Positions 1 through 8,752 of a stretch of DNA of 24,699 bases are shown here, piece by piece (position 1 is the stretch's first letter; every line of letters begins with the position of its first letter). Position numbers and translations under genes: made by a program. The DNA is from a virus. Where the stretch lies: positions 1-24,699 of IMG/VR virus record IMGVR_UViG_3300045988_176129, one strand, 5' to 3'. The notes below the pieces were generated by a model. The model did no database searches, was not told the origin of the DNA, and was given only the letters and a program-made list of their open reading frames with translations.

Positions 1-612
1 AGGAAGGGTATATCCAGTTTCTGGATAAATTTGAGACACAGTCATCATATCTACCAAACCGACTCCTGCACCATTAGCATCAATTACTATTATTTTAGCT
101 CTATACTTATAATATAATTTCTTTATTTTAATAGCCTGAGTTTCAAAATGCTCAGCATCAATAGTATAAAGATTTACTAAACTTTTTATTGAAGTTCCTT
201 GCGGTTGTGGTGTTACCTTGATTACACATATCTCAGTTTTATCTCCCTTTCGACCAACATCAACCCCAAGAACATAATAAGCAGTTTTTCCACTTCTTCC
301 GCTATACTCATACTCAGGTTGACTTAGAACTCTATGTTTATCAAACTTTTCTGCTGAGAAAAAGGCATTTTCAGAATCTCCACTCCATTCAGACTCATAC
401 TCCCTAGCAAAACTAGCATCATTGTATGTACCATCTAATTTTAACTCTTCTATAAAACTACGTTGGAGAAGTTTTTCTTTAACTGGGATTCTCCATGTAC
501 CGCCCATAACAATAGCTTCAGAAGGCTCAATAATCTGCTGAATAAGCAACTGAATAAGTTTAGCATATGCAAAACTGTTTTTCCAGCCTGCTGTTGTTCC
601 TTTGTATTCCAT
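1..612 (-). CDS. terL: terminase large subunit, 3' exon (nuclease domain), partial: C-terminus lies beyond window start
   Basis: Minus-strand ORF open from ~624 to position 1 (MEYKGTTAGW...YYVLGVDVGRKGD...IVIDANGAGVG), RNase-H-like terminase nuclease motifs. Continues the ATPase exon at 1731-2378. Exact 5' exon boundary (612-627) uncertain. Confidence 0.65.
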   Translation of the reverse strand, partial: MEYKGTTAGWKNSFAYAKLIQLLIQQIIEPSEAIVMGGTWRIPVKEKLLQRSFIEELKLDGTYNDASFAREYESEWSGDSENAFFSAEKFDKHRVLSQPEYEYSGRSGKTAYYVLGVDVGRKGDKTEICVIKVTPQPQGTSIKSLVNLYTIDAEHFETQAIKIKKLYYKYRAKIIVIDANGAGVGLVDMMTVSQIYPETGYTLP

Positions 613-1730
613 GTGATTCGCTAAGTCACATGCGTTCTCTTATGAACTGCTATATATTTCTATATAGAGTAGACTATATCTTCACCCTAAGATTAGGGGC
701 CCACCACTTCCACAACCATCGCTTGTTGTGTACTCTCTTTCGAGATAGTCGTTGAACCTTCCTTTTATAAAAGGCTTGGCTGCTGATTACCTTCAACATT
801 ACTTGTAAGGCTTCCCAGCAATTCAATGGGTTTTCTGCTATTGATTACTCAATAGTGATGCTAATACACTTTTTTGTTCATCAGTTAAATTTTGATAAGA
901 TAAATAATAATCTTTATAACTTTGATTTTTTCTAATGCATTCTAATGTATTTCTACTTTTTACTCCTACAAAATTTGCCATTTCATTAAGTGGAATAATC
1001 TTGTTTTCATAATTATATAAAATTAAATGCACTTGCTGCTCAGTTAAATGTCTTTTAGACTTTATTATTGTAGAATAAGCTTTCTTTTCAATAAGATTTT
1101 GACTTTCACAAAAAATTTTATATATCTCTTGCTTTTCTTCTATTGAAAGCTTTTCATATTCTTCTTTATATTGGGAGTGATTTTCTCCTCTTTTTATTCT
1201 ACTAATAGTTGTCCTAGATACATCATATATATCTGATAATACTTGTCCAGGTCTTGACATAAACTCAAGAACAGCTAATATATTAAAAATATCTGTTTGG
1301 GTTAATTTTGAGCCTCCATTACTAGCTCCAAAATTTCCACCCTCATTTTGATTATAACCATTTCTATAACTATCATATTTTTTTATATAATATTTTTCTT
1401 TTTCTCCAATTTCCTTTTCAGTGCAATCCCCTGAAAATTCTATTGTAAAATCAAAGTTCTCAAAACCATAAATATTATACTCTTTTTGAAGAAAATGATT
1501 ATCGTGAGTGCCTCTTCTTAAATCCCCAAAATGACGACATCTTCTTCTAATTATATTATTAGTTAATCCTATATAAATTTTATGATTTATCTTATTTTCA
1601 ATTTTGTATATATAATATTGCATAATATCATCCTTTCTATTCTTTTTGATATTATACTTAAAAATAAAATACAAAAAATTGTAACGTTTTGACCAAAAAA
1701 ATTAACATATATTTGACTTTTATTTACTCT
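613..1730 (-). mobile_element. candidate group I intron carrying a GIY-YIG homing endonuclease ORF, inserted between the terminase ATPase and nuclease domains
   Basis: TerL reading frame is broken by ~1.1 kb. The HEG has its own RBS and start. About 225 nt (613-837) and ~70-110 nt (1624-1730) of non-coding flank could form the ribozyme core. Boundaries are approximate. Confidence 0.5.
838..1623 (-). CDS. GIY-YIG family homing endonuclease (I-TevI-like) with C-terminal DNA-binding region
   Basis: N-terminus MQYYIYKIENKINHKIYIGLTNN...RRRCRHF is a textbook GIY-X10-YIG motif. ATG at 1623 is preceded by AAAGGATGA SD. The six-frame track extends to a TTG at 1674. Confidence 0.85.
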   Translation of the reverse strand: MQYYIYKIENKINHKIYIGLTNNIIRRRCRHFGDLRRGTHDNHFLQKEYNIYGFENFDFTIEFSGDCTEKEIGEKEKYYIKKYDSYRNGYNQNEGGNFGASNGGSKLTQTDIFNILAVLEFMSRPGQVLSDIYDVSRTTISRIKRGENHSQYKEEYEKLSIEEKQEIYKIFCESQNLIEKKAYSTIIKSKRHLTEQQVHLILYNYENKIIPLNEMANFVGVKSRNTLECIRKNQSYKDYYLSYQNLTDEQKSVLASLLSNQ

Positions 1731-2378
1731 CTCTTCATCTATTCTTTCCCCACCTGGCAGCTTCCTAGATACATTCATCGTAGGAATAATTACCTCATTC
1801 AATAAGGTTTCATCTATTAAGATAACCTCTTCCATAAGTCCACCAGTAGCACGCTTACCACGAGAATTTTGACTTGCCGCAATAATATCAAGTTTACTTT
1901 CATTTTTAAATTTATATTCAACTTCATTCTTAGATGCTTTTGAAGCACCTCTACTCCAGTCAATTTCATTTTTAAGACCAGGAATAAGCTTGCATAATTC
2001 TTCTGCCTTTTCTCTTGCGATTCCCGCAGCTTGCTCTTTTCCGCCGGTAGTTACGAATAAATGGCTTCCAGGATACAGTATACAACGAAGCATTAGAATT
2101 AAAACTGACAGAAAGCTCTTACTATAAGCTCTTGGAAACGTAGCATACGCATATCTATGTCGCATTACACCACGTAAAAATACTCTTTGATAAAAGAAAA
2201 GATGGAAATTTTCAGGGTTATCCCCACAAAGAAAATCTACAAACATATCTGGATATTCTCGCCAATAAGCTACATATTTTCTTAAAGTAGGAATTTGTGC
2301 TTTAATTCTTTCTTCAGATAAACCAACTTTTTTACCACCAAAAGAAAGGGAGAGTTCCATTAGTTCTTGTAATGCCAA
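1731..2378 (-). CDS. terL: terminase large subunit, 5' exon (ATPase domain)
   Basis: Deviant Walker A PRAYSKS and Walker B VILIDE typical of TerL. Start is TTG at 2378 with AAGGGAG SD and overlaps the upstream stop; an alternative ATG lies at 2360. Homology ends near ...GGERIDEE (~1731). The ORF stays open to 1587 but that stretch is intronic. Confidence 0.65.
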
Positions 2379-2379
2379 A

Positions 2380-3561
2380 TTATCTTTCTCCCTTCATAAT
2401 TTTATCATCCTCTTCTTTTTGAGATTCTATCTCATTATAAAATTCAGCATGATCCTCATTCTCCAAAATTAATTCTTCATCCTCATCTAATTCATTGTTT
2501 TCTTGCTCATTCATCTCTTTCTGAATCTGTATCTTTTTAATAGAATCTTCTATCTGTTGTCCAAAACCTAAATCTTGGGTAACTAATTTATATAAATAAT
2601 TTTCCATATCCTTTAAAGTTAAATCTACTATATCTTGTGGAACATCTGCTAAGGTTGGTGGGATAAAACCTCCATCTCTTTCACACATAGCAACCAACTC
2701 ACCAACAGAATCTACAAAATTATTTTTATCTTCTTTATTCTGAGCCGCGGTAAATTTTGCTGTCTTTCTAAGAGTTTCAGCAACTTTAACTAGCTTTTGA
2801 AATCCTTCAATATCTCCATTATCAATAGCCTGATTAGCTTTAAGATTAGTTTTACATAAGAATATCAAAGTATTCATAGTATCAGCATCTTGAATATCAA
2901 AAGAATGCATCATCTCTTGATAATCCTTTTCTAACAATAGCCATTCATTAGGGGTGTATAATCTTCCCCATTTTAATGCTAATGCTTTCTTATCATCCTC
3001 TGTTAAATCTGCCGCGGGGTTCACTTCTTCTTCAGATATAAAATTACCTTCATTATACATATTAGAAGAACCTACCGCATCTGCGGATGCCCCATACTTA
3101 TAAGCATCATTTTGAGACTCAGCACTCATCCAGGTTTTATATTCAGCCTCAGAAATCTTTCCAGCTTCATAATCCGCCTTTATTTGAGCTTCATATTGTT
3201 CTCTTTCCGCCTGAATTTTTAGCTTATTATCCAAATATTCTTTTTGTAATTTTTCTGTATCATCCCAGTTATACTCTTTCCATTGTCCAAGTCGCATCTT
3301 AGAGAAATATTTACCAATAACAGACATGCCATTCATCTTTACTGGATCTTTTGCAAAAGCCTTATCTCTTAATGTATTCCACTCTTGTTCAATATAAGGG
3401 AAATTGGCCTCTTTGAGAATCCATATAAAAGTCTCAGGTTTAAAATTATCTATATGCATGGTAAGACATTTTTTACAAAGCGTAAAATAGGTTTTATCTT
3501 TCTTTTGATAGAATTGTGTTTCTACCATCTTCTTACCACATTTTTCACATATTCTGTCCAT
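2380..3561 (-). CDS. zinc-ribbon (CxxC...CxxC) acidic coiled-coil protein; possible terminase small subunit / packaging accessory protein
   Basis: 393-aa ORF with AAAGGAGGTG SD and N-terminal CEKCGKK...CKKC ribbon. Lies immediately upstream of and overlapping terL. The TerS assignment is positional only. Confidence 0.6.
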   Translation of the reverse strand: MDRICEKCGKKMVETQFYQKKDKTYFTLCKKCLTMHIDNFKPETFIWILKEANFPYIEQEWNTLRDKAFAKDPVKMNGMSVIGKYFSKMRLGQWKEYNWDDTEKLQKEYLDNKLKIQAEREQYEAQIKADYEAGKISEAEYKTWMSAESQNDAYKYGASADAVGSSNMYNEGNFISEEEVNPAADLTEDDKKALALKWGRLYTPNEWLLLEKDYQEMMHSFDIQDADTMNTLIFLCKTNLKANQAIDNGDIEGFQKLVKVAETLRKTAKFTAAQNKEDKNNFVDSVGELVAMCERDGGFIPPTLADVPQDIVDLTLKDMENYLYKLVTQDLGFGQQIEDSIKKIQIQKEMNEQENNELDEDEELILENEDHAEFYNEIESQKEEDDKIMKGER

Positions 3562-3620
3562 ATTTTCACCTCCTTTATATAGATAATTATTTATATAGCA
3601 TTAAATAAAATTATTTTGCC

Positions 3621-4709
3621 CTATTTTTTATTCCTGCATTCCTTACAAATAGAATACCATCCATCTTTACTTCCTTTATTAGTAGAAAAGAAAAGCTTGT
3701 GAGCTAACTTTATTTCTCCACAGCGAGAACAGCGCTTCCATTTTCCATATTCTTTTTCTGTATAATACCAATTTAAAAAATCTTTTTGTGCTTGTAATGC
3801 AATAATTTTTGGGATTTTATTTCTCCAGAGACTAGATAAATATTCCATAGAATGTTTAACTCCATGGTCTACTTCTAGCTGTTTTTGAATTTCAAGATTT
3901 GACTTACCATCAATTTTGTATATAACTAAATCATAATATAAAGGATATTTTTCTTTTAATGAACTTTCAACTAAATTATCTAAATCTTCTAATAAATACC
4001 AAGAGTCTCCCCAAAATCCGCCCCATGAATCTTCTTTTAATTTAGAATAATTACACAATAGGGCAGAAATATGTTCCCAATTAAAAAATGAAATTAGCCC
4101 ATCTGAATGCGGCATACCTTCCGCATCTATACTAAGCTTTTCCCCAAAATCAATCTTTCTAAAAGATTTAATTACATTTAAACAATACATTGGTGGTTTT
4201 ATTTCATTTCTAATAACATATTGTTCTTTATACATTTCTATTAACTGTTGTTTTAATAAATATTTTTTCTTTCCTGTTTCTCTTGATATCTGCTCTTTTA
4301 CTTTATCTATAGCTTCTTTTTTTGCCCTTAGTTCAGGCATTTCTTCATAGTCTCTTGGGGTGATTTTCATTTTTGGAGTAAGAATAATATTTTTATTTTC
4401 ACTATCGGTCATCATATTAAATAACCCATCTTCCCCATTTTCAAGTTTAGAAACTAATCCTTGATAAGATGTTTCATGCTTGTTTATTGTGACTAATCTA
4501 TTGTCTGTCATTAAGTCCTTTTCTTTTTTTCTCTCTTCTCTGTCTGCCAAAAGAATATAGTCACTTAATATTGTTAAATATCTAGGTGTAAGTTTCACGG
4601 GATCGATTTCCGCGCATATTTTTTTTACTAATTCAACTCTTTCTACAGAATTAAGAGAGTAATCTAATTTAAATTCCTTTTGTTGATTATCAACATTATT
4701 TTCTTCCAT
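3621..4709 (-). CDS. hypothetical protein with C-terminal zinc ribbon (CSRCG...CKEC)
   Basis: 362-aa ORF with AAGGAG SD. First gene after the minus-strand promoter at 4759-4788. Confidence 0.65.
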   Translation of the reverse strand: MEENNVDNQQKEFKLDYSLNSVERVELVKKICAEIDPVKLTPRYLTILSDYILLADREERKKEKDLMTDNRLVTINKHETSYQGLVSKLENGEDGLFNMMTDSENKNIILTPKMKITPRDYEEMPELRAKKEAIDKVKEQISRETGKKKYLLKQQLIEMYKEQYVIRNEIKPPMYCLNVIKSFRKIDFGEKLSIDAEGMPHSDGLISFFNWEHISALLCNYSKLKEDSWGGFWGDSWYLLEDLDNLVESSLKEKYPLYYDLVIYKIDGKSNLEIQKQLEVDHGVKHSMEYLSSLWRNKIPKIIALQAQKDFLNWYYTEKEYGKWKRCSRCGEIKLAHKLFFSTNKGSKDGWYSICKECRNKK

Positions 4710-4758
4710 GCTTTACTCCTTAAATTCTTTTTGGATAGTTTTATCTATCTCTATATTT

Positions 4759-4788
4759 AGTATAGCAAAAATTTTTTAGTTTGTCAAA
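4759..4788 (-). promoter_or_regulatory. sigma-70-type promoter (minus strand) for the 4709->1 operon
   Basis: rc TTGACA (4783-88), 18-nt spacer, rc TATACT (4759-64). Confidence 0.5.
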
Positions 4789-4812
4789 TTTTTTTGGTCA
4801 AAAGTGTTAAGA

Positions 4813-4841
4813 TTGACAAATAAAATATTTTTTGTTATAAT
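4813..4841 (+). promoter_or_regulatory. sigma-70-type promoter for the 4867-7622 operon
   Basis: TTGACA 4813-18, 17-nt spacer, TATAAT 4836-41, then AAAGGAG SD and ATG 4867. Confidence 0.6.
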
Positions 4842-4866
4842 TTATATATAGAATAAAGGAGAAAAT

Positions 4867-5184
4867 ATGAGAATATTGATTGTGGGATTTCAAGAGTATG
4901 AGACTCTTGATAAGATGATGCAAAAGCTAATAGAAAATGGGCAATGTTATATCTTTACTGTATTGTGCGGCGGTTGTGAATATAGTGAAGAAAAGAGTCT
5001 AGCTGAACAGTGGGCGATAAATAATGGCGCACCCATTGAATATGTATATGAAAAAGATGTGGATAAGCTTGTCGATAAAATAACGAAATCCGCCGATTAC
5101 CTAGTCGCGCAATCAGGCTCATATTTTTCAGATTGGATTATTAGAAAGATGAAATACATAGAAAAACACGGAAGCGTGATTTAA
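4867..5184 (+). CDS. SLOG/DUF2493-like (YspA-like Rossmann) protein
   Basis: MRILIVGFQEY...CYIFTVLCGG...AEQWAINNGAPIEY matches the DUF2493 pattern (vlvcGgRdf...vvhGGa.GAD.lA..WA...g.p). Assigned by recollection, not a search. Confidence 0.55.
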   Translation: MRILIVGFQEYETLDKMMQKLIENGQCYIFTVLCGGCEYSEEKSLAEQWAINNGAPIEYVYEKDVDKLVDKITKSADYLVAQSGSYFSDWIIRKMKYIEKHGSVI

Positions 5185-5193
5185 GGAGGGAAT

Positions 5194-5472
5194 ATGTTTC
5201 AAATAATAGCTACAATTATAGTAGGATATCTTATATTGGTTGCTTGTCAGTTAGCATATCTCATTTCTGCAAAAGAAGAAGATACTTTATTTGATACTTA
5301 TAAACATGTTTTTAGTTTTAAAATTTTATATAAAGAAACAAATTTAAATGAGTTAGGAGTAATATTATATCTTTTAATACAGATAATATTGTTCCTTCCA
5401 GCTGCAGCCGCATATTTTATTTATTGGTTATGTCATAAAAAGGAGAGGTTAAATGGTTTATCAAGGAAGTAA
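5194..5472 (+). CDS. small membrane protein (2 TM)
   Basis: GGAGGG SD; hydrophobic segments. Confidence 0.55.
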   Translation: MFQIIATIIVGYLILVACQLAYLISAKEEDTLFDTYKHVFSFKILYKETNLNELGVILYLLIQIILFLPAAAAYFIYWLCHKKERLNGLSRK

Positions 5473-6175
5473 AAATAGATTAACAAAATATATTGTTCCA
5501 ATAATACAAAAGGAAATAGATGAAAATAATATAACTACGTATATAGAGCCTTTTGTTGGAGGAGCTAATGTTATTGATAAAATTAGCTGTGAAAATAGGA
5601 TTGGCTCTGATATTAATGAAGAGCTAATCTCATTATTGAGATATATTCAAAAGGATAATAATATTTCTATTGCTCCGTCAGAATGTAGTTTTGAGCATTA
5701 TGCGGAAGTTAGAGAAGCTAGAAAGTTAAAAACCGAGAAATTTTCTAAGGAATATACTGCTTTAATTGGCTTTTGTGCAAGTTATGGCGGACGCTATTTT
5801 GATGGTGGATATGGTAGAGATGCTAAAGGTGGTAGAAGTATCTATGCAGAAAGATTAAAAAATTTAAAAGAACAAGCGCCGCATTTAGATGGAATAGAAT
5901 TTAAAAGCGGAGACTATCGGCAGTATGAAAGCACGAAATTCGCATTATTTTATATGGATCCACCATATAAGGGAACTAAACAATATTCTACCAAGTTTAT
6001 AAATTATGATGAATTTTATGATTTTTGTAGGAATTTAAGTAAAAACAATATTGTTTTAATTAGTGAATATAATATGCCGCCTGATTTTAAATGTATTTGG
6101 GAGAAAGAAAGAACTGTAAAGCAAGATGTGAATAAGAAAGGAATGAAAGCAACAGAAAAGTTGTTTATGATATAA
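5453..6175 (+). CDS. dam: DNA N6-adenine methyltransferase, Dam/D12 class
   Basis: YQGSKNRL N-terminus, motif I EPFVGGANV (FxGxG), catalytic DPPY tetrad at 5947-5958. GGAGAGG SD. Overlaps the upstream ORF by 20 nt. Confidence 0.85.
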   Translation: MVYQGSKNRLTKYIVPIIQKEIDENNITTYIEPFVGGANVIDKISCENRIGSDINEELISLLRYIQKDNNISIAPSECSFEHYAEVREARKLKTEKFSKEYTALIGFCASYGGRYFDGGYGRDAKGGRSIYAERLKNLKEQAPHLDGIEFKSGDYRQYESTKFALFYMDPPYKGTKQYSTKFINYDEFYDFCRNLSKNNIVLISEYNMPPDFKCIWEKERTVKQDVNKKGMKATEKLFMI

Positions 6176-6176
6176 T

Positions 6177-6368
6177 ATGTTATTAGATATTACAGACAAA
6201 GAATTAATTCATTATTTAAATTTAATAGATAATAAAGGCATAGAAAAAGATTTGTGTCATTGGAAACGTGATATTAAAAAAAGAATAAAAAAAGGATATA
6301 TAGAAAATAAGCATGATGAATTAGTCTATTGGTGTATAGGAATTTCCGATGGTTGGATAAAATATTAA
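6177..6368 (+). CDS. hypothetical protein (63 aa)
   Basis: ATG 1 nt after the dam stop, possible translational coupling; weak SD. Confidence 0.45.
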   Translation: MLLDITDKELIHYLNLIDNKGIEKDLCHWKRDIKKRIKKGYIENKHDELVYWCIGISDGWIKY

Positions 6369-6381
6369 GGGGGTTGCCGCA

Positions 6382-6669
6382 ATGAAGAAGATTATAATTA
6401 TGTTAGGAATAATAATGTGTTTTAGTTTAACTGGATGCACCAATACTCAAGAAGGACTAAAGGATTATAATATCCATTCTCATTTAATATCAATAGATGG
6501 AGAGAATGATTTATACTATTATTCTACTACACATATTATATATGTAGTATTTAATGAAGGTAGTAACTATCGCGGGTATGGATATATGGCGCCTTATTAT
6601 TCAGAGAATGGAAAATTGTGTGTATATGATGTTCAAAAGAAAGAGATAATAGAATTGGAGGATAAGTAG
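6382..6669 (+). CDS. putative lipoprotein
   Basis: Signal peptide MKKIIIMLGIIMCFSLTGC with lipobox LTG|C; GGGGG SD. Confidence 0.65.
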   Translation: MKKIIIMLGIIMCFSLTGCTNTQEGLKDYNIHSHLISIDGENDLYYYSTTHIIYVVFNEGSNYRGYGYMAPYYSENGKLCVYDVQKKEIIELEDK

Positions 6670-6670
6670 A

Positions 6671-6838
6671 ATGGAATATTTAAACGCGGCAGACATGAAG
6701 AAGGGCTATTATGGTATAACGGTTGAAATGCTACCTATCCTTGTTAAGGAACTTAAAAATATGGGATATGAAATAACATTTAAGTCAGATAAATTAGAGA
6801 GAAGTGGAAGTGGAATAATAATAAGTTGGAGGAAATAA
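6671..6838 (+). CDS. hypothetical small protein (55 aa)
   Basis: GGAGGA SD 8 nt upstream. Starts 2 nt after the previous stop. Not in the ORF track (<60 aa). Confidence 0.5.
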   Translation: MEYLNAADMKKGYYGITVEMLPILVKELKNMGYEITFKSDKLERSGSGIIISWRK

Positions 6839-6840
6839 AA

Positions 6841-7062
6841 ATGTTTACAGTTACTTTTCCGCTTGATATAGGAACAGAAGTTGAATTGAGTGATGGTAGC
6901 CGCGGTACGGTTGCCGCATATGGAAGCGTAAGGGGAGAAAATAATTTTAGTGTTTGGGTATCTGGAATAGGAGAGTTGTGGTGCGGAGAATATATTTTAG
7001 GAACTGAGGAAGATAGAAACGACCCTAATAAAAAGTTCTATTGTTTTGAAATAAAGGAGTAA
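6841..7062 (+). CDS. hypothetical protein (73 aa)
   Basis: GGAGGA SD 8 nt before ATG 6841. The track start 6826 sits inside the SD. Confidence 0.6.
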   Translation: MFTVTFPLDIGTEVELSDGSRGTVAAYGSVRGENNFSVWVSGIGELWCGEYILGTEEDRNDPNKKFYCFEIKE

Positions 7063-7065
7063 AGT

Positions 7066-7338
7066 ATGCTCAGGGAAATGGTGGAAGAAGAAATAAGAGA
7101 GTATAAGAAAAAGAAAAAAGAGTTTTATGACAATCCTTTACATTGGAATAATAATATGCGGAGGAGGCATGGCTTACCTGTATTAAGAGGTAAAGTAAAT
7201 AAATATCGTTTAAAGAGATGCTCTGGTTTTCATCCTACCGCAGAACTTTTTTATTTATTCGATGATGTTGTTTCAAAAGAAGTAGAGAGAAATTTAGAAA
7301 ACTATTTTAATTTTTTTGCGGAAATAAAGGAGATATAA
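7066..7338 (+). CDS. hypothetical basic protein (90 aa)
   Basis: AAAGGAG SD; tightly packed in operon. Confidence 0.6.
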   Translation: MLREMVEEEIREYKKKKKEFYDNPLHWNNNMRRRHGLPVLRGKVNKYRLKRCSGFHPTAELFYLFDDVVSKEVERNLENYFNFFAEIKEI

Positions 7339-7340
7339 TA

Positions 7341-7622
7341 ATGGTAAAAATAGATACATCATATGGAAAATTTTCTGTTGAAAAATCAGATGGAAATATA
7401 ATAAAAGCTAAAGATATACATGAATTAATAGACATATTACTTCCAGAATCAACAGACAATCCCACGACACAAGTTGTTACATATGTAAGTGATGAGGATG
7501 CGCTTGCTGACGCAACTGATTTAACTGTATTGGCGGCATTATGTTGTTGGGGCAATCGGTTATATAAAGGAGATAACATTAAATTGACAATAACTGCGGA
7601 ATATTGTCCTGAAGATAAATGA
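7341..7622 (+). CDS. hypothetical acidic protein (93 aa)
   Basis: AAAGGAGA SD; last gene before the 1.1-kb non-coding region. Confidence 0.6.
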   Translation: MVKIDTSYGKFSVEKSDGNIIKAKDIHELIDILLPESTDNPTTQVVTYVSDEDALADATDLTVLAALCCWGNRLYKGDNIKLTITAEYCPEDK

Positions 7623-8010
7623 TTGGGGTATTAGATTGAAAATTAATTTGGAATGTATATTTTTTCCGTCTTTGTGAATTGAAAAATGATTTGGAATGTT
7701 GGTGTGGGTGCTAAACCCCTTTTCTCAGATTTAATTTTTAAAAATCCCGAAACTATACCCCCGCCTTAATATTTTTGCAACAGAGAAAAAATTCTCTGAG
7801 TATATTGCTAGTTAGGTGAAAAAATTTTGCGAGCACTGTCTGTAGCACCGACCTATCGAAGCGTTGTGAGATCATTTATTAGGCGGGCAAAGAAGATATA
7901 AAGAAGAGTTATATCAAAGATAATAAGAGATATAAAGAAATAATTTTTATATCATTTTTCTTTTGATTACATAATGCGTCGTCTCGGTGACAACGGAGCC
8001 GAGCCGATTT

Positions 8011-8160
8011 TACGTTAGTAGTTAGGCTTAACTAATTTTAGTTGCATACGGCTAACTCTAGTTAGTTCTGACTAACTCCTGTTAGGCTGAACTAACTCAG
8101 GTTCGTCTTAGCTAACCTTGGTTAGACTGAACTAACTTCTGTTAATCACCGCTAACCTCT
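8011..8160. repeat. tandem array of ~7 degenerate ~20-21-bp direct repeats (GTTAGGCTGAACTAACTCnn)
   Basis: Visible periodicity: agttaggcttaactaatttt / agttgcatacggctaactct / agttagttctgactaactcct / gttaggctgaactaactcag / gttcgtcttagctaaccttg / gttagactgaactaacttct / gttaatcaccgctaacctct. Confidence 0.65.
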
Positions 8161-8180
8161 GGGGTGGGCGGGTGGGGGAG
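8161..8180 (+). other. G-quadruplex-type G-tract (GGGGTGGGCGGGTGGGGG), copy 1 of 5
   Basis: Four or more G3-5 runs with 1-nt loops in a 30% GC background. Same relative position as the tracts at 9469, 10669, 11381 and 12786. Confidence 0.6.
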
Positions 8181-8190
8181 GCTTGGGATA

Positions 8191-8219
8191 ATTATACCAC
8201 AAATCTATCTTTTTGTCAA
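8191..8219 (-). promoter_or_regulatory. leftward extended -10 sigma-70 promoter, cassette copy 1
   Basis: rc TTGACA (8214-19), 17-nt spacer, rc TGGTATAAT (8191-99). Confidence 0.5.
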
Positions 8220-8267
8220 GTAGTAATTTTTCACAAAAATAAAAAATTTTTTTGTGCATTTTGCCTA

Positions 8268-8296
8268 TTGACATGGGCGCATTTTTGTGCTATAAT
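8268..8296 (+). promoter_or_regulatory. sigma-70 promoter with no downstream ORF (putative ~450-nt ncRNA 8303-8750)
   Basis: TTGACA 8268-73, 17-nt spacer, TGcTATAAT 8291-96. No SD/ORF before the terminator at ~8715-8752. Confidence 0.5.
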
Positions 8297-8316
8297 TAAA
8301 ATGATATTAAAATGAT

Positions 8317-8351
8317 ACTTTAGCACGTTAAAGTGTCATCACTGCAAAGCG
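8317..8351. repeat. conserved ~35-nt hairpin element (ACTTTAG-CACG-TTAAAGT + GTYATCACTGNRAAGCG), copy a
   Basis: Family also at 8527-8562, 8607-8640, 8683-8703, 9421-9456, 10628-10663, 12725-12760 and 20699-20733. The stem covaries through G-U pairs. Confidence 0.6.
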
Positions 8352-8375
8352 AAAGACTAAGTTAAAATCCGTTTA

Positions 8376-8405
8376 ATTATACCACACAGTCGTATGGTTT
8401 GTCAA
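8376..8405 (-). promoter_or_regulatory. leftward sigma-70 promoter, cassette copy 2 (faces the plus promoter at 8268 across element a)
   Basis: rc TTGACA (8400-05), 18-nt spacer, rc TATAAT (8376-81). Confidence 0.45.
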
Positions 8406-8430
8406 TAGTAAAATGCAAAAAAAATTGCAC

Positions 8431-8462
8431 AAATTTTAATTTCCCATTTTGTGCAATCTGCA
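8431..8462. promoter_or_regulatory. operator-like inverted repeat TTGCACAA-N16-TTGTGCAA
   Basis: Perfect 8-bp arms. A member of the TGCACAA motif family enriched in intergenic DNA. Confidence 0.45.
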
Positions 8463-8479
8463 CAACGAACAAGTGTTTG

Positions 8480-8690
8480 GTTAGCCTTAACTAACTGTCC
8501 AAACAAACGTTCGGTTAGGCAAGACTAACTTTAGTGCGTTAAAGTGCTATCACTTTGCAGTGAACGTGTGGTCGGTTAGGTAAGACTAACTCAAGTTAGG
8601 AGAGGCTAACTTTAGCACACTAAAGTGATGCAGTAGCAAAGAGTTAGTTAAGACTAATTTAAGTTAGTTCAGACTAACATTAACACTTTA
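8480..8690. repeat. second cluster of GTTAG..GACTAACT iteron-like repeats interleaved with three copies of the 35-nt element
   Basis: ggttagccttaactaact / cggttaggcaagactaact / cggttaggtaagactaactc / agttagttaagactaatt / agttagttcagactaac. Confidence 0.55.
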
Positions 8691-8714
8691 ATGTGTTAAA
8701 GTGTTAATACAAAA

Positions 8715-8752
8715 GAGTAGCACAAAGAACACCTGTTCTCTGTGCTTTTTTC
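8715..8752. terminator. bidirectional rho-independent terminator
   Basis: Hairpin GCACAAAGAACACC/TGTTCTCTGTGC followed by TTTTTTCTTTTAT on plus; T-rich on minus as well. Confidence 0.5.

Noticed and set aside
567-755. Plus ORF 567..755
   Set aside because: Lies in the putative intron 3' region, antisense to the terL exon. No SD.
1587-1730. 3' extension of the terL exon-1 ORF (track 1587..2378) past ~1731 as coding sequence
   Set aside because: TerL similarity stops at ...GGERIDEE. The tail overlaps the HEG start and SD and has intron-like composition.
613-1745. Intein interrupting TerL
   Set aside because: The insert has stop codons in the terL frame and its own SD and start codon. The endonuclease is GIY-YIG, and inteins carry LAGLIDADG or HNH in frame. 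An intron or free-standing HEG explains it.
3087-3582. Plus ORFs 3087..3302 and 3385..3582
   Set aside because: Antisense to the 393-aa zinc-ribbon gene. No SD.
7307-7579. Minus ORF 7307..7579
   Set aside because: Antisense to the plus gene 7341..7622. Ser/Ala-rich low-complexity translation.
8011-8690. Possible CRISPR array, from the short tandem direct repeats
   Set aside because: Units are ~20-21 bp and degenerate, abutting each other without unique spacers of regular length. No cas genes are present. The pattern is iteron-like.
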